From: an uncultured Gammaproteobacteria bacterium
GTDB taxonomy: Bacteria; Pseudomonadota; Gammaproteobacteria; UBA6429; Thiohalophilaceae
NCBI GenBank assembly: GCA_937967995.1
Contig: CALBTB010000010.1
Span: 25,410 to 89,409 of the forward strand
Direction of reading: 5' to 3'
DNA length: 64,000 bases
In this document: positions 1 to 10,521 of the stretch, piece by piece
Layout: the number at the start of each line of letters is the position of its first letter
Position numbering within the stretch: position 1 is the stretch's first letter
The notes under the pieces: model-generated
What the model saw: only the letters and a program-made list of their open reading frames with translations
Database searches by the model: none
What the model was told of the DNA's origin: nothing
Program-made: the position numbers and the translations under genes

Positions 1-2804
1 CGAATATCAATCACGACAGTAATCTGGACTGGTATACCATCCAGACTGATCACTATCGTTTTCATTTCCACGACAGCGAAGAACACATCGTCCAGGCTTT
101 CTGGCCACAGGCGGAACGTATGTTTGAGGAAATAACCCGGCAACTGAACTGGGTGCCGGCCGACAGGATCGATGTCGTGTTTACCGATGAATTCGACGTT
201 TCAAACGGTTTTGCACGTGTATTCCCACGTACCAACATGAATATTTTCGTGTCTGCGCCGGACAGTATCAACAGTCTTGAGGACCACCATGGCTGGCTGG
301 AACTGGTGTTTCGCCATGAATTACTGCATGTGATTCATCTCGACAAGGCCCGTGGTGCACCGCTGGTCATTCGTAAAATTTTTGGGCGTCAGCCACTGGT
401 CTTTCCGCCGGCTTTCCCCAACGCGATGCAACCGCTCTGGTATATCGAAGGTCTGGCCACCTACGTGGAAACGGATATCGAACAGGGCGTCGGACGCGGT
501 CAGTCCACGTATTACGACATGCTCATGCGAATGGAAGTCATGGGTGGCGTCAAACCATTACGACAGGTCAATCAGCCCATTGGCACCTGGCCGGCCGGGA
601 CAATTCGATACCTGTACGGTGTGCATTATCATAATTTTATTCGCGATCGTTATGGTGATGAAAAGATCTGGCAACTGGTCGAGGGATTCTCGGACAATAT
701 TGTTCCGTACCGAATCGATTCAAATACCGCCAATGTGTTTCGCAAGAACCACGATGAAATGTGGCGTGAGTTTACGCAGTATTTAAATGAAAAATACAAC
801 GCGCAAATCGAAATAATACGCAAGGACGGCCTGCATGAGGGCAGGGTGGTTTCCAGCGACGGTTATGTCGCAGATTCGGTCGTAGCGCTTGATGATCAGG
901 TTTTTTACACGGCGTTTAATTTTCGCAGTCATCCGGCATTGATGATGTCGCAGGCCGGCAAGGCACCGGTCAAACTGCGGGATGTGAATGCCGGCGCACG
1001 TCTGGCAATCCACAGGGACAAGGGCATATTAATCACACAGCCCGAGCCGTGTCGCAATGCACGTTTTTATTATGAGATTTACCGGGTTGATCTCGACGGT
1101 AGTAATTATCGACGCCTGACTGACTGTGGCCGTTATCGCCATGCCACCTGGTCTGCAAAGGGTGATCGAATCATTGCTGTCAAAACCGAGCTGGGTATTA
1201 ACAGCCTGGATTTACTGGATGATCAGGCCCATTTGATTGATACATTATGGCGCGGTGAAGATGGTGCCCAGATCGGCGGCATGACCTATTCGCCCAGTGA
1301 AGATAAATTAGTGGTTTCCGTGTGGCGGCAGCACATGGGCTGGAATCTCGAATTATTCGATCTGACAACCCGCCAGTGGCAGGCCATCACGGCCGATAAT
1401 CATATTCAGGCGCACCCGGTTTACAGTGCCGATGGGCAAAGCATTCTGTATACGTCTGATGAAAGCGGCGTTTATAACCTGTACCGACTGAACCTGTCGA
1501 CTGGACAACGTAGCCGTCTTAGTAATGTTCTCGGTGGTGCGCTCTATCCGGCCCAGGCGGGTTCCGACCTGTTTTACATTGGTTATTCGCCCGATGGTGC
1601 AAACCTGTATCAGATCGCCGACAGTCAGGCGACGGCAGTAAAACCACTCAAAATCACCAAAGTTACACCAGTAGCAGCAGCCAAACCGGAACCGGTCATC
1701 AACAAATTGCCGGTAGAAGACTATTCACCGTTATCGACTATTGCACCGACCTGGTGGCTACCGTTCATACAGCTAGATGACCAGCGCACCGAGCTGGGTA
1801 TTCAGACAGCCGGCAGTGATGCACTGGATCGGCATTTGTATTCCACCCTGCTGGCGGTCGATGTTGAAAATGAATGGCTGGTTGGACGTGTCGATTATCT
1901 CTACGACGGCCTGTGGCCGATTTTGCACCTGGGCTATGTGCGGGAAACCGATATTTTCCTGGACGGTTCGGATAATACACAACGCATTCGGGATGATCGG
2001 CGCCTGATCCTGGAAGCCATAACGCCGTTTTTTAGTGCGGACAGTGGCCTGTTTATTCATACCGGTATCATCAGGCAGCATGAAAAAGATTTATGGCGTG
2101 CCGATGGTGTTGCACCGCAGTCGGATTTTCGCGAAGACCTGGCCGGTATCGGTGTGCGGTATGTATCAGCGAATCGTTATCCGCTGTCAGTCAGCCGCAG
2201 TGAAGGCCGTGACGTGCGTCTGGTGTATGAAGATTCCGACGCGATTGGTGACAGCACACGCAAGGGACAGGTTACGGTTGCAGAGTGGCGTGAGTTTTTA
2301 CACATAGGTCGTGAGCATGTTGCGGCACTGCGGCTGGTTGAAGGCCATGGCAGAAACAATCCCGAACAGTTCCGGCTCGGTGGCATCCAGTTCGATTACA
2401 GCCTGTTCGGCTCATTGATCAGTGGTGGTATTGCACCGATTTTTGACAAGCGTGAATATACGCTGCGCGGTTACGATGAGGGTCATCCACAGTTACGTAA
2501 TAAAAATATGCGGCTGATTTCCGCCGAGTACCGTTTTCCCATTTGGCGAATCGAACGCGGTTTCATGGCACCACCGATTGGTATCAACCAGTTGCACGGC
2601 ACGGTGTTTTACGATGTTGGCGGTGTGTGGGGTGATAATGCGTCCGGGCCCGATGAGTATTATGCCGGTGCCGGATTTGAAATAAATACGGATCTGGATT
2701 TACTGTATAACTTTCGACTTAACCTGTCGCTGGGTTTTGCGACGGGTTTCGATGACGTGATCGGTGAGGACCAGGTTTACCTGCGCATCGGTAGCCAGTT
2801 CTGA
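1..2804 (+). CDS. 5'-partial gene for a large exported multidomain protein. N-terminal HExxH (HELLH) zincin-like motif, then PD40/TolB-type beta-propeller repeats, then a C-terminal beta-barrel-like region ending ...RIGSQF.
   Basis: The reading frame is open from base 3, so the start lies outside the window. Motif FRHELLHVIHLD. Repeats of the YSPDG/YSADGQ type. A terminal aromatic residue typical of OMP C-termini. Confidence 0.5.
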   Translation, partial: NINHDSNLDWYTIQTDHYRFHFHDSEEHIVQAFWPQAERMFEEITRQLNWVPADRIDVVFTDEFDVSNGFARVFPRTNMNIFVSAPDSINSLEDHHGWLELVFRHELLHVIHLDKARGAPLVIRKIFGRQPLVFPPAFPNAMQPLWYIEGLATYVETDIEQGVGRGQSTYYDMLMRMEVMGGVKPLRQVNQPIGTWPAGTIRYLYGVHYHNFIRDRYGDEKIWQLVEGFSDNIVPYRIDSNTANVFRKNHDEMWREFTQYLNEKYNAQIEIIRKDGLHEGRVVSSDGYVADSVVALDDQVFYTAFNFRSHPALMMSQAGKAPVKLRDVNAGARLAIHRDKGILITQPEPCRNARFYYEIYRVDLDGSNYRRLTDCGRYRHATWSAKGDRIIAVKTELGINSLDLLDDQAHLIDTLWRGEDGAQIGGMTYSPSEDKLVVSVWRQHMGWNLELFDLTTRQWQAITADNHIQAHPVYSADGQSILYTSDESGVYNLYRLNLSTGQRSRLSNVLGGALYPAQAGSDLFYIGYSPDGANLYQIADSQATAVKPLKITKVTPVAAAKPEPVINKLPVEDYSPLSTIAPTWWLPFIQLDDQRTELGIQTAGSDALDRHLYSTLLAVDVENEWLVGRVDYLYDGLWPILHLGYVRETDIFLDGSDNTQRIRDDRRLILEAITPFFSADSGLFIHTGIIRQHEKDLWRADGVAPQSDFREDLAGIGVRYVSANRYPLSVSRSEGRDVRLVYEDSDAIGDSTRKGQVTVAEWREFLHIGREHVAALRLVEGHGRNNPEQFRLGGIQFDYSLFGSLISGGIAPIFDKREYTLRGYDEGHPQLRNKNMRLISAEYRFPIWRIERGFMAPPIGINQLHGTVFYDVGGVWGDNASGPDEYYAGAGFEINTDLDLLYNFRLNLSLGFATGFDDVIGEDQVYLRIGSQF

Positions 2805-2817
2805 AAAAACGATCTGG

Positions 2818-3039
2818 TTATTCGTCAAGACAACGTATTTGCCGAAACCGAAATTCCTGATCAAATTCTATTTCAAAGTAGCCCCGAATTCCCTGGTGTC
2901 TGACAAAGGGGCGCAGATGCTCGGCCGGGAATTCAATGCGCGTCCCGTCTTCGGTAACGACTGAAATCGATTTTGCCTGACCGCTGTAATAGGCCAGATA
3001 GTCCTGCGCAGAAATGTCGAGATGAAAACGCGCAATCAA
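2818..3039 (-). CDS. Small conserved hypothetical protein (DUF2835-like, about 73 aa). It has a TTG start that overlaps the plsC-like stop in a TTGA arrangement.
   Basis: ORF-track entry MIARFHLDISAQDYLAYYSGQAKSISVVTEDGTRIEFPAEHLRPFVRHQGIRGYFEIEF. The composition is protein-like and the arrangement looks translationally coupled. The family assignment is from memory. Confidence 0.5.
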   Translation of the reverse strand: MIARFHLDISAQDYLAYYSGQAKSISVVTEDGTRIEFPAEHLRPFVRHQGIRGYFEIEFDQEFRFRQIRCLDE

Positions 3040-3797
3040 TGAACGCTCACCAGCAGGGTATCGTGCAGACTGTTGTCGATGGAAGTCTGGCAGGTATCAG
3101 CCAGTGTTTGCCGGTCTGAATCAGCAACAACCGGGCCGGAAAAAGTGACATGGACCTGTGTTTCTCGACGTTTTAGTAATTGCCAGAGTGTCACCAGAAA
3201 ATTATCTTTCTCAATATAGGCGGCGACGCGATCGAGCTGGTTGTCTTTCAGATAACGCAGGCCAACCGGTTGAACGAGTATTTGATTATCGATGGCAGCC
3301 TGAAACAGTCCGCTATGAAAGCGTTTGACTTCGTTACCCAGTGAGGTTGTACCTTCGGGAAATATTACAATGGATGAGTCCTGCAGGGCCTCACCGACGG
3401 TTGACACGATTCTTGCGAGTAATTTTTTCTTACCGCGTCTGATAAACAATGTGCCGGATACGCTGGCCATGAGGCCGATCAGCGGCCAGTTTTTGACAGA
3501 GCTTTTGGAAAGAAATCGCACGTCGGTGATGGAAGAGATCACCACGATATCCAGAAAAGAAATGTGATTGGCGACATACATACAACGGGAGGCTGGCGGC
3601 TGACCGTACTGGGCAATCTTTACACCTGCCAGGCGGGCCATTTTCTGCATCCACCAGCGTTTCATTGCCAGTCCACCCGGTTTGTTGTACCAGTGCTTGC
3701 CGTGCGTGAAATGATACAGCAGCACCAGGCTGCTCCCCATCGACAAATGAATAAGCACACGTATCAGTTGTACGAGTGCGTACAGATTATTCTTCAT
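3036..3797 (-). CDS. 1-acyl-sn-glycerol-3-phosphate acyltransferase family protein (PlsC-like lysophospholipid acyltransferase).
   Basis: Acyltransferase motifs NHISFLD (HX4D) and FPEGTTS. I trimmed the start to the internal MKNNLY ATG at 3797 so the gene does not run into comM. Confidence 0.8.
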   Translation of the reverse strand: MKNNLYALVQLIRVLIHLSMGSSLVLLYHFTHGKHWYNKPGGLAMKRWWMQKMARLAGVKIAQYGQPPASRCMYVANHISFLDIVVISSITDVRFLSKSSVKNWPLIGLMASVSGTLFIRRGKKKLLARIVSTVGEALQDSSIVIFPEGTTSLGNEVKRFHSGLFQAAIDNQILVQPVGLRYLKDNQLDRVAAYIEKDNFLVTLWQLLKRRETQVHVTFSGPVVADSDRQTLADTCQTSIDNSLHDTLLVSVH

Positions 3798-3867
3798 TGT
3801 TATCCAGATACCAGATGTGTTCGGTTTATATTCTAGCAGAACAGATACAACGCAACAGCATACTGCT

Positions 3868-5385
3868 TCATGACGGATGTCGATCCAGTCGACGCAGGGT
3901 GATGGCTTCCGATATATGTTCCGGCTGTATGTTTTCTGTAAGTGCGAGATCGGCAATGGTCCTGGCCAGACGCACAACGCGATGATAGGTGCGGGCGGAA
4001 AAGCCGAGTCGTTCGCAGGCCGTATTTATCAGTGTTTGTGCTTTATCTGTCAGCTGACAGAATGTCGCGAGCTCGCGATTGTCCAGCAGGGCGTTGGCTT
4101 TGTTCGCGCGCGACAATTGTAAGTCACGTGCGGCATTGACACGTTGTCTTACCAAGTCACTCGAATCTGGCCGCAAGGTCGTGGATTGCATTTGTGCCAT
4201 GCTCAGCGCCGGTACATCGACGTGCATATCGATACGATCCAGCAGTGGCCCGGAAATACGAGACTGGTAGCGTTGAATCTGATCCGGCGTGCAACGACAG
4301 GTTTTACACGGATGATTGTGATAACCGCAGGGACAGGGGTTCATGGCGGCGACCAGCTGAAAGCGTGCCGGAAACTCCGATTGTCGTGCCGCACGCGAAA
4401 TAATAATCCTGCCCGACTCAAGTGGTTCACGCAGAACTTCCAGAACACGGCGGTCGAATTCCGGTAATTCATCCAGAAACAAGACACCATGATGGGCCAG
4501 ACTGATTTCACCCGGACGCGGCGTGCCACCACCGCCGACCAGTGCAACGCCAGACGCGGTATGGTGTGGTGCACGAAAGGGACGTTGCCGCCAGTGTTCG
4601 GCATTAAATCCCTGATGGCTGATTGAATAGATCGCCGCGGATTCCAGCGCCTGCTGTTCTGTCATCTTTGGCAGAATGCCGGGCAGGCGTGAGGCAAGCA
4701 TGGTTTTGCCCGTACCCGGTGGTCCGATAAATAAAATACTGTGTTGTCCGGCCGCGGCGATTTCCAGTGCACGCCGTGCATGCGACTGGCCACGCACATC
4801 AACCAGATCTGCAACCGTGGCAGTTGGCGAATGCGGTTGTTGTGTCCGGATCTCTGCCAGGTTTGTTTCACCTTTCAGGTGTGCGCAGACATCCAGCAGG
4901 TGTTCGATCGCGATAACACGAATGTCACTGACCAGCTGCGCTTCATCCAGGTTGGCGTGAGGAATCACCAGGGTTCGGCCACTTTGCTGAACCTGCATGG
5001 CTGCCGGCAGCACACCTTTGACCGGACGAACCGATCCATCCAGTGCCAGTTCGCCCAGAAATTCATAGTCGGAAAGTGTGGTCGCAGGAATTTGTTGTGA
5101 CGCGGCAAGAATGCCGATCGCCATGGCCAGATCAAAACGGCCACTGCCCTTGGGCAGGTCAGCGGGGGCAAGATTAATGGTGATGCGTCGCGCCGGGAAT
5201 TCGAACTGGCTGTTGATCAGTGCAGCGCGAACCCGTTCGCGTGCTTCCTTGACTTCCGTGTCGGCCAGCCCAACGATGGTGACGCGTGGCAGACCACCGG
5301 ACAGATGTATTTCCGTCGTGACAACCGGGGCATGAATACCCGACTGCGCACGACTATGCACAATCGCAAGTGACATAACAGGCAT
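3868..5385 (-). CDS. comM: YifB/ComM family Mg-chelatase-like AAA+ ATPase.
   Basis: Walker A GPPGTGKTMLASRLPGILP, the ChlI-like core, a C-terminal domain, 505 aa. Confidence 0.9.
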   Translation of the reverse strand: MPVMSLAIVHSRAQSGIHAPVVTTEIHLSGGLPRVTIVGLADTEVKEARERVRAALINSQFEFPARRITINLAPADLPKGSGRFDLAMAIGILAASQQIPATTLSDYEFLGELALDGSVRPVKGVLPAAMQVQQSGRTLVIPHANLDEAQLVSDIRVIAIEHLLDVCAHLKGETNLAEIRTQQPHSPTATVADLVDVRGQSHARRALEIAAAGQHSILFIGPPGTGKTMLASRLPGILPKMTEQQALESAAIYSISHQGFNAEHWRQRPFRAPHHTASGVALVGGGGTPRPGEISLAHHGVLFLDELPEFDRRVLEVLREPLESGRIIISRAARQSEFPARFQLVAAMNPCPCGYHNHPCKTCRCTPDQIQRYQSRISGPLLDRIDMHVDVPALSMAQMQSTTLRPDSSDLVRQRVNAARDLQLSRANKANALLDNRELATFCQLTDKAQTLINTACERLGFSARTYHRVVRLARTIADLALTENIQPEHISEAITLRRLDRHPS

Positions 5386-5457
5386 CCTTTCCTGTAGAGG
5401 TTATTTCCTTATCCGGCGACCTTACGCAATCGCCGTTAAAAACTCAAGCCAGCCGCA

Positions 5458-5703
5458 TTATCCTTTGGCCGTTGTTTTCTCAATTTCGGCCAGGCGGGAT
5501 TCAAGCTGCCGGACGCGTTCCTGCAGGCCAGTGAGTACCGCACGTTGTACTTCAAATTCATCGCGGGTGACCAGGTCCAGTTTCTTCAGTCCGATTTCCA
5601 GGCCAGACTGCAGTGATTGCCGAATATCCTGCTGCAGGTGCTGCGCACTTTGCGGCAAATTGGCCAGCACTTCTTTAACCAGATTTTCCAAAGGGTTTAT
5701 CAT
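5458..5703 (-). CDS. ubiK: Ubiquinone biosynthesis accessory factor UbiK (YqiC/BMFP family).
   Basis: MINPLENL...LDLVTRDEFEVQ..., a coiled-coil protein of about 81 aa that resembles E. coli YqiC. I chose the internal Met as the start. Confidence 0.75.
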   Translation of the reverse strand: MINPLENLVKEVLANLPQSAQHLQQDIRQSLQSGLEIGLKKLDLVTRDEFEVQRAVLTGLQERVRQLESRLAEIEKTTAKG

Positions 5704-5721
5704 GAGTGACTCCTGTGTACG

Positions 5722-5736
5722 CACCGATTCTGTGCA
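5722..5736. promoter_or_regulatory. NtrC-like dyad GCAC-N7-GTGC (cGCACCgattcTGTGCA) in the ubiK/gcw_chp divergent region.
   Basis: It matches the outer half-sites of the TGCACCA-N3-TGGTGCA consensus. I found no -24/-12 element next to it. Confidence 0.3.
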
Positions 5737-5814
5737 TCCATCTCGTTATTTTACCCCGATTACTGGTATGCTTACGAAAAATTTGAGAACGAGCAGCAAG
5801 TTAAGGAGCTTAGC

Positions 5815-6477
5815 ATGCAAAAACAAATAATCAGCGGTGTGTTAGTGGCAACGGCCACAGCCATGGCAGGCGTTGCCCAGGCTGAGCTGACAGCCAATGT
5901 GGGTGTAACCAGCAATTATGTGTTCCGCGGCGTGACCCAGACTGACGACAGTCCGGCGGTACAGGGTGGTATTGATTTTACCCATAACTCCGGTCTGTAT
6001 GCGGGAATCTGGGGATCGAATGTTGAAGACAATGCAGGTAACGATGGATTTGAATATGACCTGTATGTGGGTTACAACTTCCGCGTCAATGACAAGGTTG
6101 GTTTTGATGTTGGTTACATCACTTACCAGTATACCGATGACGCTATCAAGAATGCCCGCGAGACTGATGAGATCTTTGTCGGTGTGTCGTTCATGGATTT
6201 CTCGGCAACCTATTACGATGGTGACCCGAATTCCGGCCAGGATTATTCCTATATCGATCTGAAGTACACACTGGCATTACCGGAAGACATCAACCTGCAT
6301 TTGCATTATGGCAGCCTGGATAATGGCACGGATGCGGAAGATGCCAGTATTGGTGTCAGCAAGAATATTGGCGGTTTCGATATGAGTCTCACGTTCACAA
6401 CCTACGATCCGGATAATGGTAATGATGAAAACGAATTATTTATCACCGTGACCAAGGCATTTGAACTGATGAAATAA
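5815..6477 (+). CDS. Gcw_chp family (TIGR02001/PF09694) predicted outer-membrane beta-barrel protein, copy 1.
   Basis: Signal peptide MQKQIISGVLVATATAMAGVAQA, the motif NYVFRGVTQTDD...GGIDFTHNSGLYAGIWGSNV, and alternating amphipathic strands. Confidence 0.75.
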   Translation: MQKQIISGVLVATATAMAGVAQAELTANVGVTSNYVFRGVTQTDDSPAVQGGIDFTHNSGLYAGIWGSNVEDNAGNDGFEYDLYVGYNFRVNDKVGFDVGYITYQYTDDAIKNARETDEIFVGVSFMDFSATYYDGDPNSGQDYSYIDLKYTLALPEDINLHLHYGSLDNGTDAEDASIGVSKNIGGFDMSLTFTTYDPDNGNDENELFITVTKAFELMK

Positions 6478-6484
6478 GCTGTGC

Positions 6485-6525
6485 GGCAACACCGGTTTAA
6501 CCCGCCGGTGTTGCCATTCTCTTCC
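6485..6525 (+). terminator. Hairpin (ggcaacaccgg / ccggtgttgcc) followed by a weak T-tract, downstream of gcw_chp copy 1.
   Basis: An 11-bp perfect stem that I can read directly in the sequence. Confidence 0.5.
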
Positions 6526-6619
6526 GTACTGCAATGGGTTTTCACACACCTCGCTGCTTTTGTAGTAAAGTAGTCCTCGCTCGATTTAACAATCACCAAA
6601 CCTATAAAAGTGGGTTGCT

Positions 6620-7300
6620 GTGCCCGAACTGGATCTGATACTCGTATTGCTACTGGCCATGGGGTTAGGTGCCTTGCATGCTTTTGATGCTGACCACATT
6701 GCGATGGTCACCAGCCTGGCGGGCAGTCAGTCCGGATTCAAAAAAAGTGTGATGTACTGTACGCGCTGGGCGTTTGGTCATGCACTGACGTTGCTGTTAC
6801 TGGGCGCCGTGGTATTTCTTGCCGGCCTGACGGTGCCGGCAGCACTGGGACACTATGCCGAACTGGCGGTAGGCATTTTTCTTATTGTCATTGGCCTGTC
6901 GTTGTTGCTATCAATTCGCCGGCAACAGATCCACATTCATTATCATGAGCACGACGGTTTACCGCGTCATGCCCACTGGCATTCACATGCCAATGATAAA
7001 AGTCACCGCCACAAACATCGTGCGTTGTTTATCGGCAGTTTGCATGGACTGGCCGGTTCGGCACCGTTACTGGCACTCATTCCCCTTGCTGTCAATCATC
7101 AACCGCTAACCGGTTTTGTTTACCTGATCCTGTTCAGCCTCGGCGTGGTAATCGCCATGCTGGTGTTTGGTGGAGTGTTAAGTCTGGTGGCGGATGGATT
7201 ACGTCGGCTTGGCAACCGTCTGTTTATTACATTTCGCATCATGATTAGTCTGGTATCAATCGGTATCGGTGCAATCGTGATGACACGAGTGCTGGCATGA
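6620..7300 (+). CDS. NicO/NiCoT-family nickel (cobalt) permease with a His-rich loop, probably supplying Ni to urease.
   Basis: The HAFDADHIAMV signature, the His-rich loop HIHYHEHDGLPRHAHWHSHANDKSHRHKHR, and a 4-bp overlap with ureD. Confidence 0.75.
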   Translation: MPELDLILVLLLAMGLGALHAFDADHIAMVTSLAGSQSGFKKSVMYCTRWAFGHALTLLLLGAVVFLAGLTVPAALGHYAELAVGIFLIVIGLSLLLSIRRQQIHIHYHEHDGLPRHAHWHSHANDKSHRHKHRALFIGSLHGLAGSAPLLALIPLAVNHQPLTGFVYLILFSLGVVIAMLVFGGVLSLVADGLRRLGNRLFITFRIMISLVSIGIGAIVMTRVLA

Positions 7301-8133
7301 CGGCCTTACCGAAACCGGATTCGTCATCCTGGCTGGCCGAGTTAGCGCTGGTTTACCGTCATCGATCGGATCGGACTGTCATTAGTTCGCGCAAACATCG
7401 GGGACCATTAACCATTCAGCGTCCGTTTTATCCGGAAGGCGATGTCTGTCATACCTATATTCTGCATCCGCCAGGTGGTGTCGTCGGTGGTGATCGCCTG
7501 ATGCAGGACATCGCTGTTGAAGAAAATGCCCATGCCCTGTTAACCACCCCCGCTGCCACGAAATTTTATCGAAGTGAACAGAATCTGGCACAACAGACAA
7601 ATCATTTACGTGTAGCGCCGGGTGGCATACTGGAATGGTTGCCGCAGGAAACCATTCTGTTTGATCAGTCAAAGGTTCGAACGGTCACCAGGGTTGATTT
7701 GCAGGGCGATGCGCGTTTCTGTGGCTGGGAAATCACCTGCCTGGGTCGACCGGCCAGCCAGGAAGTGTATTTACTCGGCAGTTGCCATCAGACATTCCAG
7801 ATATATAGAGACGACACGCCTGTCCTCATCGATCAGACACGATTAAGCGGTAGCGATGACATCATGCAGGCAAAATGGGGTATGGTCGGTTACAGTGTCA
7901 CCGGCATTATGCTGGTCAGTCATGCCGATAACACATTGCTTGATCAGGCGAGATCGGTAGTGGAGCAGTTTGACGGCCTGTTTTCGGCAACACTGATTGG
8001 TGACGTGCTGGTGTGTCGTTATTTGGGGTATCATGGCATGCAGGCGAGACAATTATTCAGTCAGGTCTGGTGTGCAATACGCCACAACTGGATTGGTAAA
8101 CGCGGTTGCGAACCGCGCATCTGGTTTACCTGA
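7297..8133 (+). CDS. ureD: Urease accessory protein UreD (UreH).
   Basis: The HTYILHPPGGVVGGDRL motif, 278 aa, sitting directly upstream of ureA. Confidence 0.85.
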   Translation: MTALPKPDSSSWLAELALVYRHRSDRTVISSRKHRGPLTIQRPFYPEGDVCHTYILHPPGGVVGGDRLMQDIAVEENAHALLTTPAATKFYRSEQNLAQQTNHLRVAPGGILEWLPQETILFDQSKVRTVTRVDLQGDARFCGWEITCLGRPASQEVYLLGSCHQTFQIYRDDTPVLIDQTRLSGSDDIMQAKWGMVGYSVTGIMLVSHADNTLLDQARSVVEQFDGLFSATLIGDVLVCRYLGYHGMQARQLFSQVWCAIRHNWIGKRGCEPRIWFT

Positions 8134-8171
8134 ATTATAAAAAAGCGAATGCGTTGGGAGGCGACTAACTG

Positions 8172-8474
8172 ATGGAACTGACACCTCGCGAAAAAGACAA
8201 GCTACTGGTCTTTACCGCGGCATTGCTGGCGGAACGTCGCAAGGCCAAAGGGTTAAAACTGAATTATCCGGAAGCACTGGCCTATATTTCCGCTGCCATC
8301 ATGGAAGGGGCGCGTGAGGGCAGGACGGTTGCTGAACTGATGAGTTACGGCACCACCTTGCTGACGCGTGACGATGTGATGGAGGGAATACCCGAGCTGA
8401 TTCACGAAGTGCAGGTTGAAGCCACCTTTCCGGATGGTACCAAGCTCGTGACCGTCCATAATCCAATCGTCTAG
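8172..8474 (+). CDS. ureA: Urease gamma subunit.
   Basis: [35 protein letters not shown], 100 aa. Confidence 0.97.
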   Translation: MELTPREKDKLLVFTAALLAERRKAKGLKLNYPEALAYISAAIMEGAREGRTVAELMSYGTTLLTRDDVMEGIPELIHEVQVEATFPDGTKLVTVHNPIV

Positions 8475-8500
8475 TCACACCTAATACAGGAGAACAAGCG

Positions 8501-8806
8501 ATGAAGCCGGGTGAACTGTTTATCGATGATGGAGAGATCGAATTAAATGCTGGCCGAAAAACAATAACCATAAGCGTGGCCAATACCGGCGACAGGCCAG
8601 TCCAGGTCGGCTCGCATTATCACTTCTATGAAACCAATGCCGGTCTGCAGTTTGATCGCGACAAGACGCGTGGTTTCAGGCTCAACATTGCCGCCGGAAC
8701 GGCAGTGCGATTTGAACCCGGACAGCAGCGCGAAGTGGAACTGGTTGCCTATGATGGCGACAGGCAGGTATTTGGTTTTAACGCGAAGGTAATGGGACCA
8801 CTATAA
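8501..8806 (+). CDS. ureB: Urease beta subunit.
   Basis: [19 protein letters not shown]...[13 protein letters not shown]. Confidence 0.97.
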   Translation: MKPGELFIDDGEIELNAGRKTITISVANTGDRPVQVGSHYHFYETNAGLQFDRDKTRGFRLNIAAGTAVRFEPGQQREVELVAYDGDRQVFGFNAKVMGPL

Positions 8807-8817
8807 GGAACTGAGAC

Positions 8818-10521
8818 ATGACCAGAATCAGCAAACAGGCTTATGCGGAAATGTACGGTCCCACCACCGGTGATCGCGTTCGACTTGGCGACACCGACGT
8901 TATTATTGAAGTGGAGCAGGACAAAACCATTTACGGTGATGAAGTCAAATTCGGTGGCGGTAAAGTCATTCGTGACGGCATGGGACAAAGCCAGCGCAGC
9001 GCAAAAGATGTCGTGGATACGGTTATCACCAATGCATTAATCCTCGATCACTGGGGCATTATCAAGGCCGATGTCGGGATCAAGGACGGGCGCATTGCCG
9101 GCATTGGCAAGGCAGGCAATCCTGACGTGCAGCCGGGTGTTGATATCATTGTGGGTCCGGGTACCGAGGCGATTGCCGGTGAAGGGCAGATACTTACAGC
9201 CGGTGGTATCGATGCGCATATTCATTTCATCTGCCCGCAGCAGGTGGAAGAAGCCTTGATGTCCGGAGTGACCACGATGCTCGGTGGTGGTACCGGGCCG
9301 GCAACGGGTACCAATGCGACGACCTGTACTCCCGGGCCGTGGAACATTCATCGCATGTTACAGGCCGCGGATGATTTACCCATCAATCTCGGTTTTCTTG
9401 GCAAAGGTAACGCCAGTACACCCGCAGCAGTAACCGAACAAATCAACGCCGGTGCGATGGGACTGAAGTTACATGAAGACTGGGGCACCACGCCGGCGGC
9501 GATCGACAACTGCCTCAGTGTGGCCGAAGACATGGACGTGCAGGTGGCGATTCATACTGACACGCTGAACGAATCCGGTTTTGTGGAAGATACGATTGCG
9601 GCATTCAAGGGGCGGGCGATTCACACTTACCACACTGAAGGTGCCGGCGGTGGCCATGCACCGGATATTATTCGTGCCTGTGGTGAATCCAATGTGTTGC
9701 CGTCCAGTACCAATCCAACCCGCCCTTATACGATTAACACCATTGACGAACACCTCGACATGCTGATGGTGTGTCATCACCTGGATCCCAATATTGCCGA
9801 AGACGTGGCCTTTGCCGAATCGCGTATTCGGCGCGAAACCATTGCCGCGGAAGATATTCTGCATGACCTGGGTGCCTTTAGCATGATTGCCTCGGATTCA
9901 CAGGCTATGGGTCGGGTTGGTGAAGTCATCACACGCACCTGGCAGACAGCGCACAAAATGAAAGTACAGCGCGGTGCGATTGAAGAAGATTCAGCACGTA
10001 ACGACAATCACCGTGCAAAACGTTATGTGGCCAAGTACACGATCAATCCGGCCATTACTCACGGTATTGCTGAAGAAGTCGGTTCGGTTGAAGTTGGCAA
10101 GCTCGCCGACCTGGTGTTATGGAAGCCGGCGTTTTTTGGTACCAAGCCGTCTTTGATCATCAAGGGCGGGTTTATCGTGGCGGCGCCGATGGGTGATCCC
10201 AATGCCTCGATTCCAACACCGCAACCGGTGCATTATCGTTACATGTTTGGCGCACTGGGTGGCGCGCGTCATGAAACCTGTCTCACGTTTGTGTCACAGG
10301 CAGCGCTCTTCGCCGATATCGGCAAACAACTGGGACTGCAAAAGCGCTTAAGTGCCGTGCGGGGAACTCGCAAGGTTCGCAAGGCGGACATGATTCTGAA
10401 TGACTACCAGCCGCGAATCGACGTTGATCCGCAAACCTATGAAGTTAAAGCCGATGGCCAGTTGCTAACCTGTGAACCCATGGCCGAATTACCACTGGCA
10501 CAACGTTACTTTTTGTTTTGA
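8818..10521 (+). CDS. ureC: Urease alpha subunit.
   Basis: 567 aa, with the [25 protein letters not shown] and [13 protein letters not shown] motifs. Confidence 0.98.
   Translation: MTRISKQAYAEMYGPTTGDRVRLGDTDVIIEVEQDKTIYGDEVKFGGGKVIRDGMGQSQRSAKDVVDTVITNALILDHWGIIKADVGIKDGRIAGIGKAGNPDVQPGVDIIVGPGTEAIAGEGQILTAGGIDAHIHFICPQQVEEALMSGVTTMLGGGTGPATGTNATTCTPGPWNIHRMLQAADDLPINLGFLGKGNASTPAAVTEQINAGAMGLKLHEDWGTTPAAIDNCLSVAEDMDVQVAIHTDTLNESGFVEDTIAAFKGRAIHTYHTEGAGGGHAPDIIRACGESNVLPSSTNPTRPYTINTIDEHLDMLMVCHHLDPNIAEDVAFAESRIRRETIAAEDILHDLGAFSMIASDSQAMGRVGEVITRTWQTAHKMKVQRGAIEEDSARNDNHRAKRYVAKYTINPAITHGIAEEVGSVEVGKLADLVLWKPAFFGTKPSLIIKGGFIVAAPMGDPNASIPTPQPVHYRYMFGALGGARHETCLTFVSQAALFADIGKQLGLQKRLSAVRGTRKVRKADMILNDYQPRIDVDPQTYEVKADGQLLTCEPMAELPLAQRYFLF

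Noticed and set aside
352-786. ORF-track entries nested in or antisense to the large genes, for example 352-786, 9037-9351, 14699-15058, 20252-20713, 38924-39373 and 62660-63067.
   Set aside because: Each lies wholly inside a better-supported gene, in another frame or on the other strand, with a low-complexity or unprotein-like translation. They are by-products of GC-rich coding sequence.
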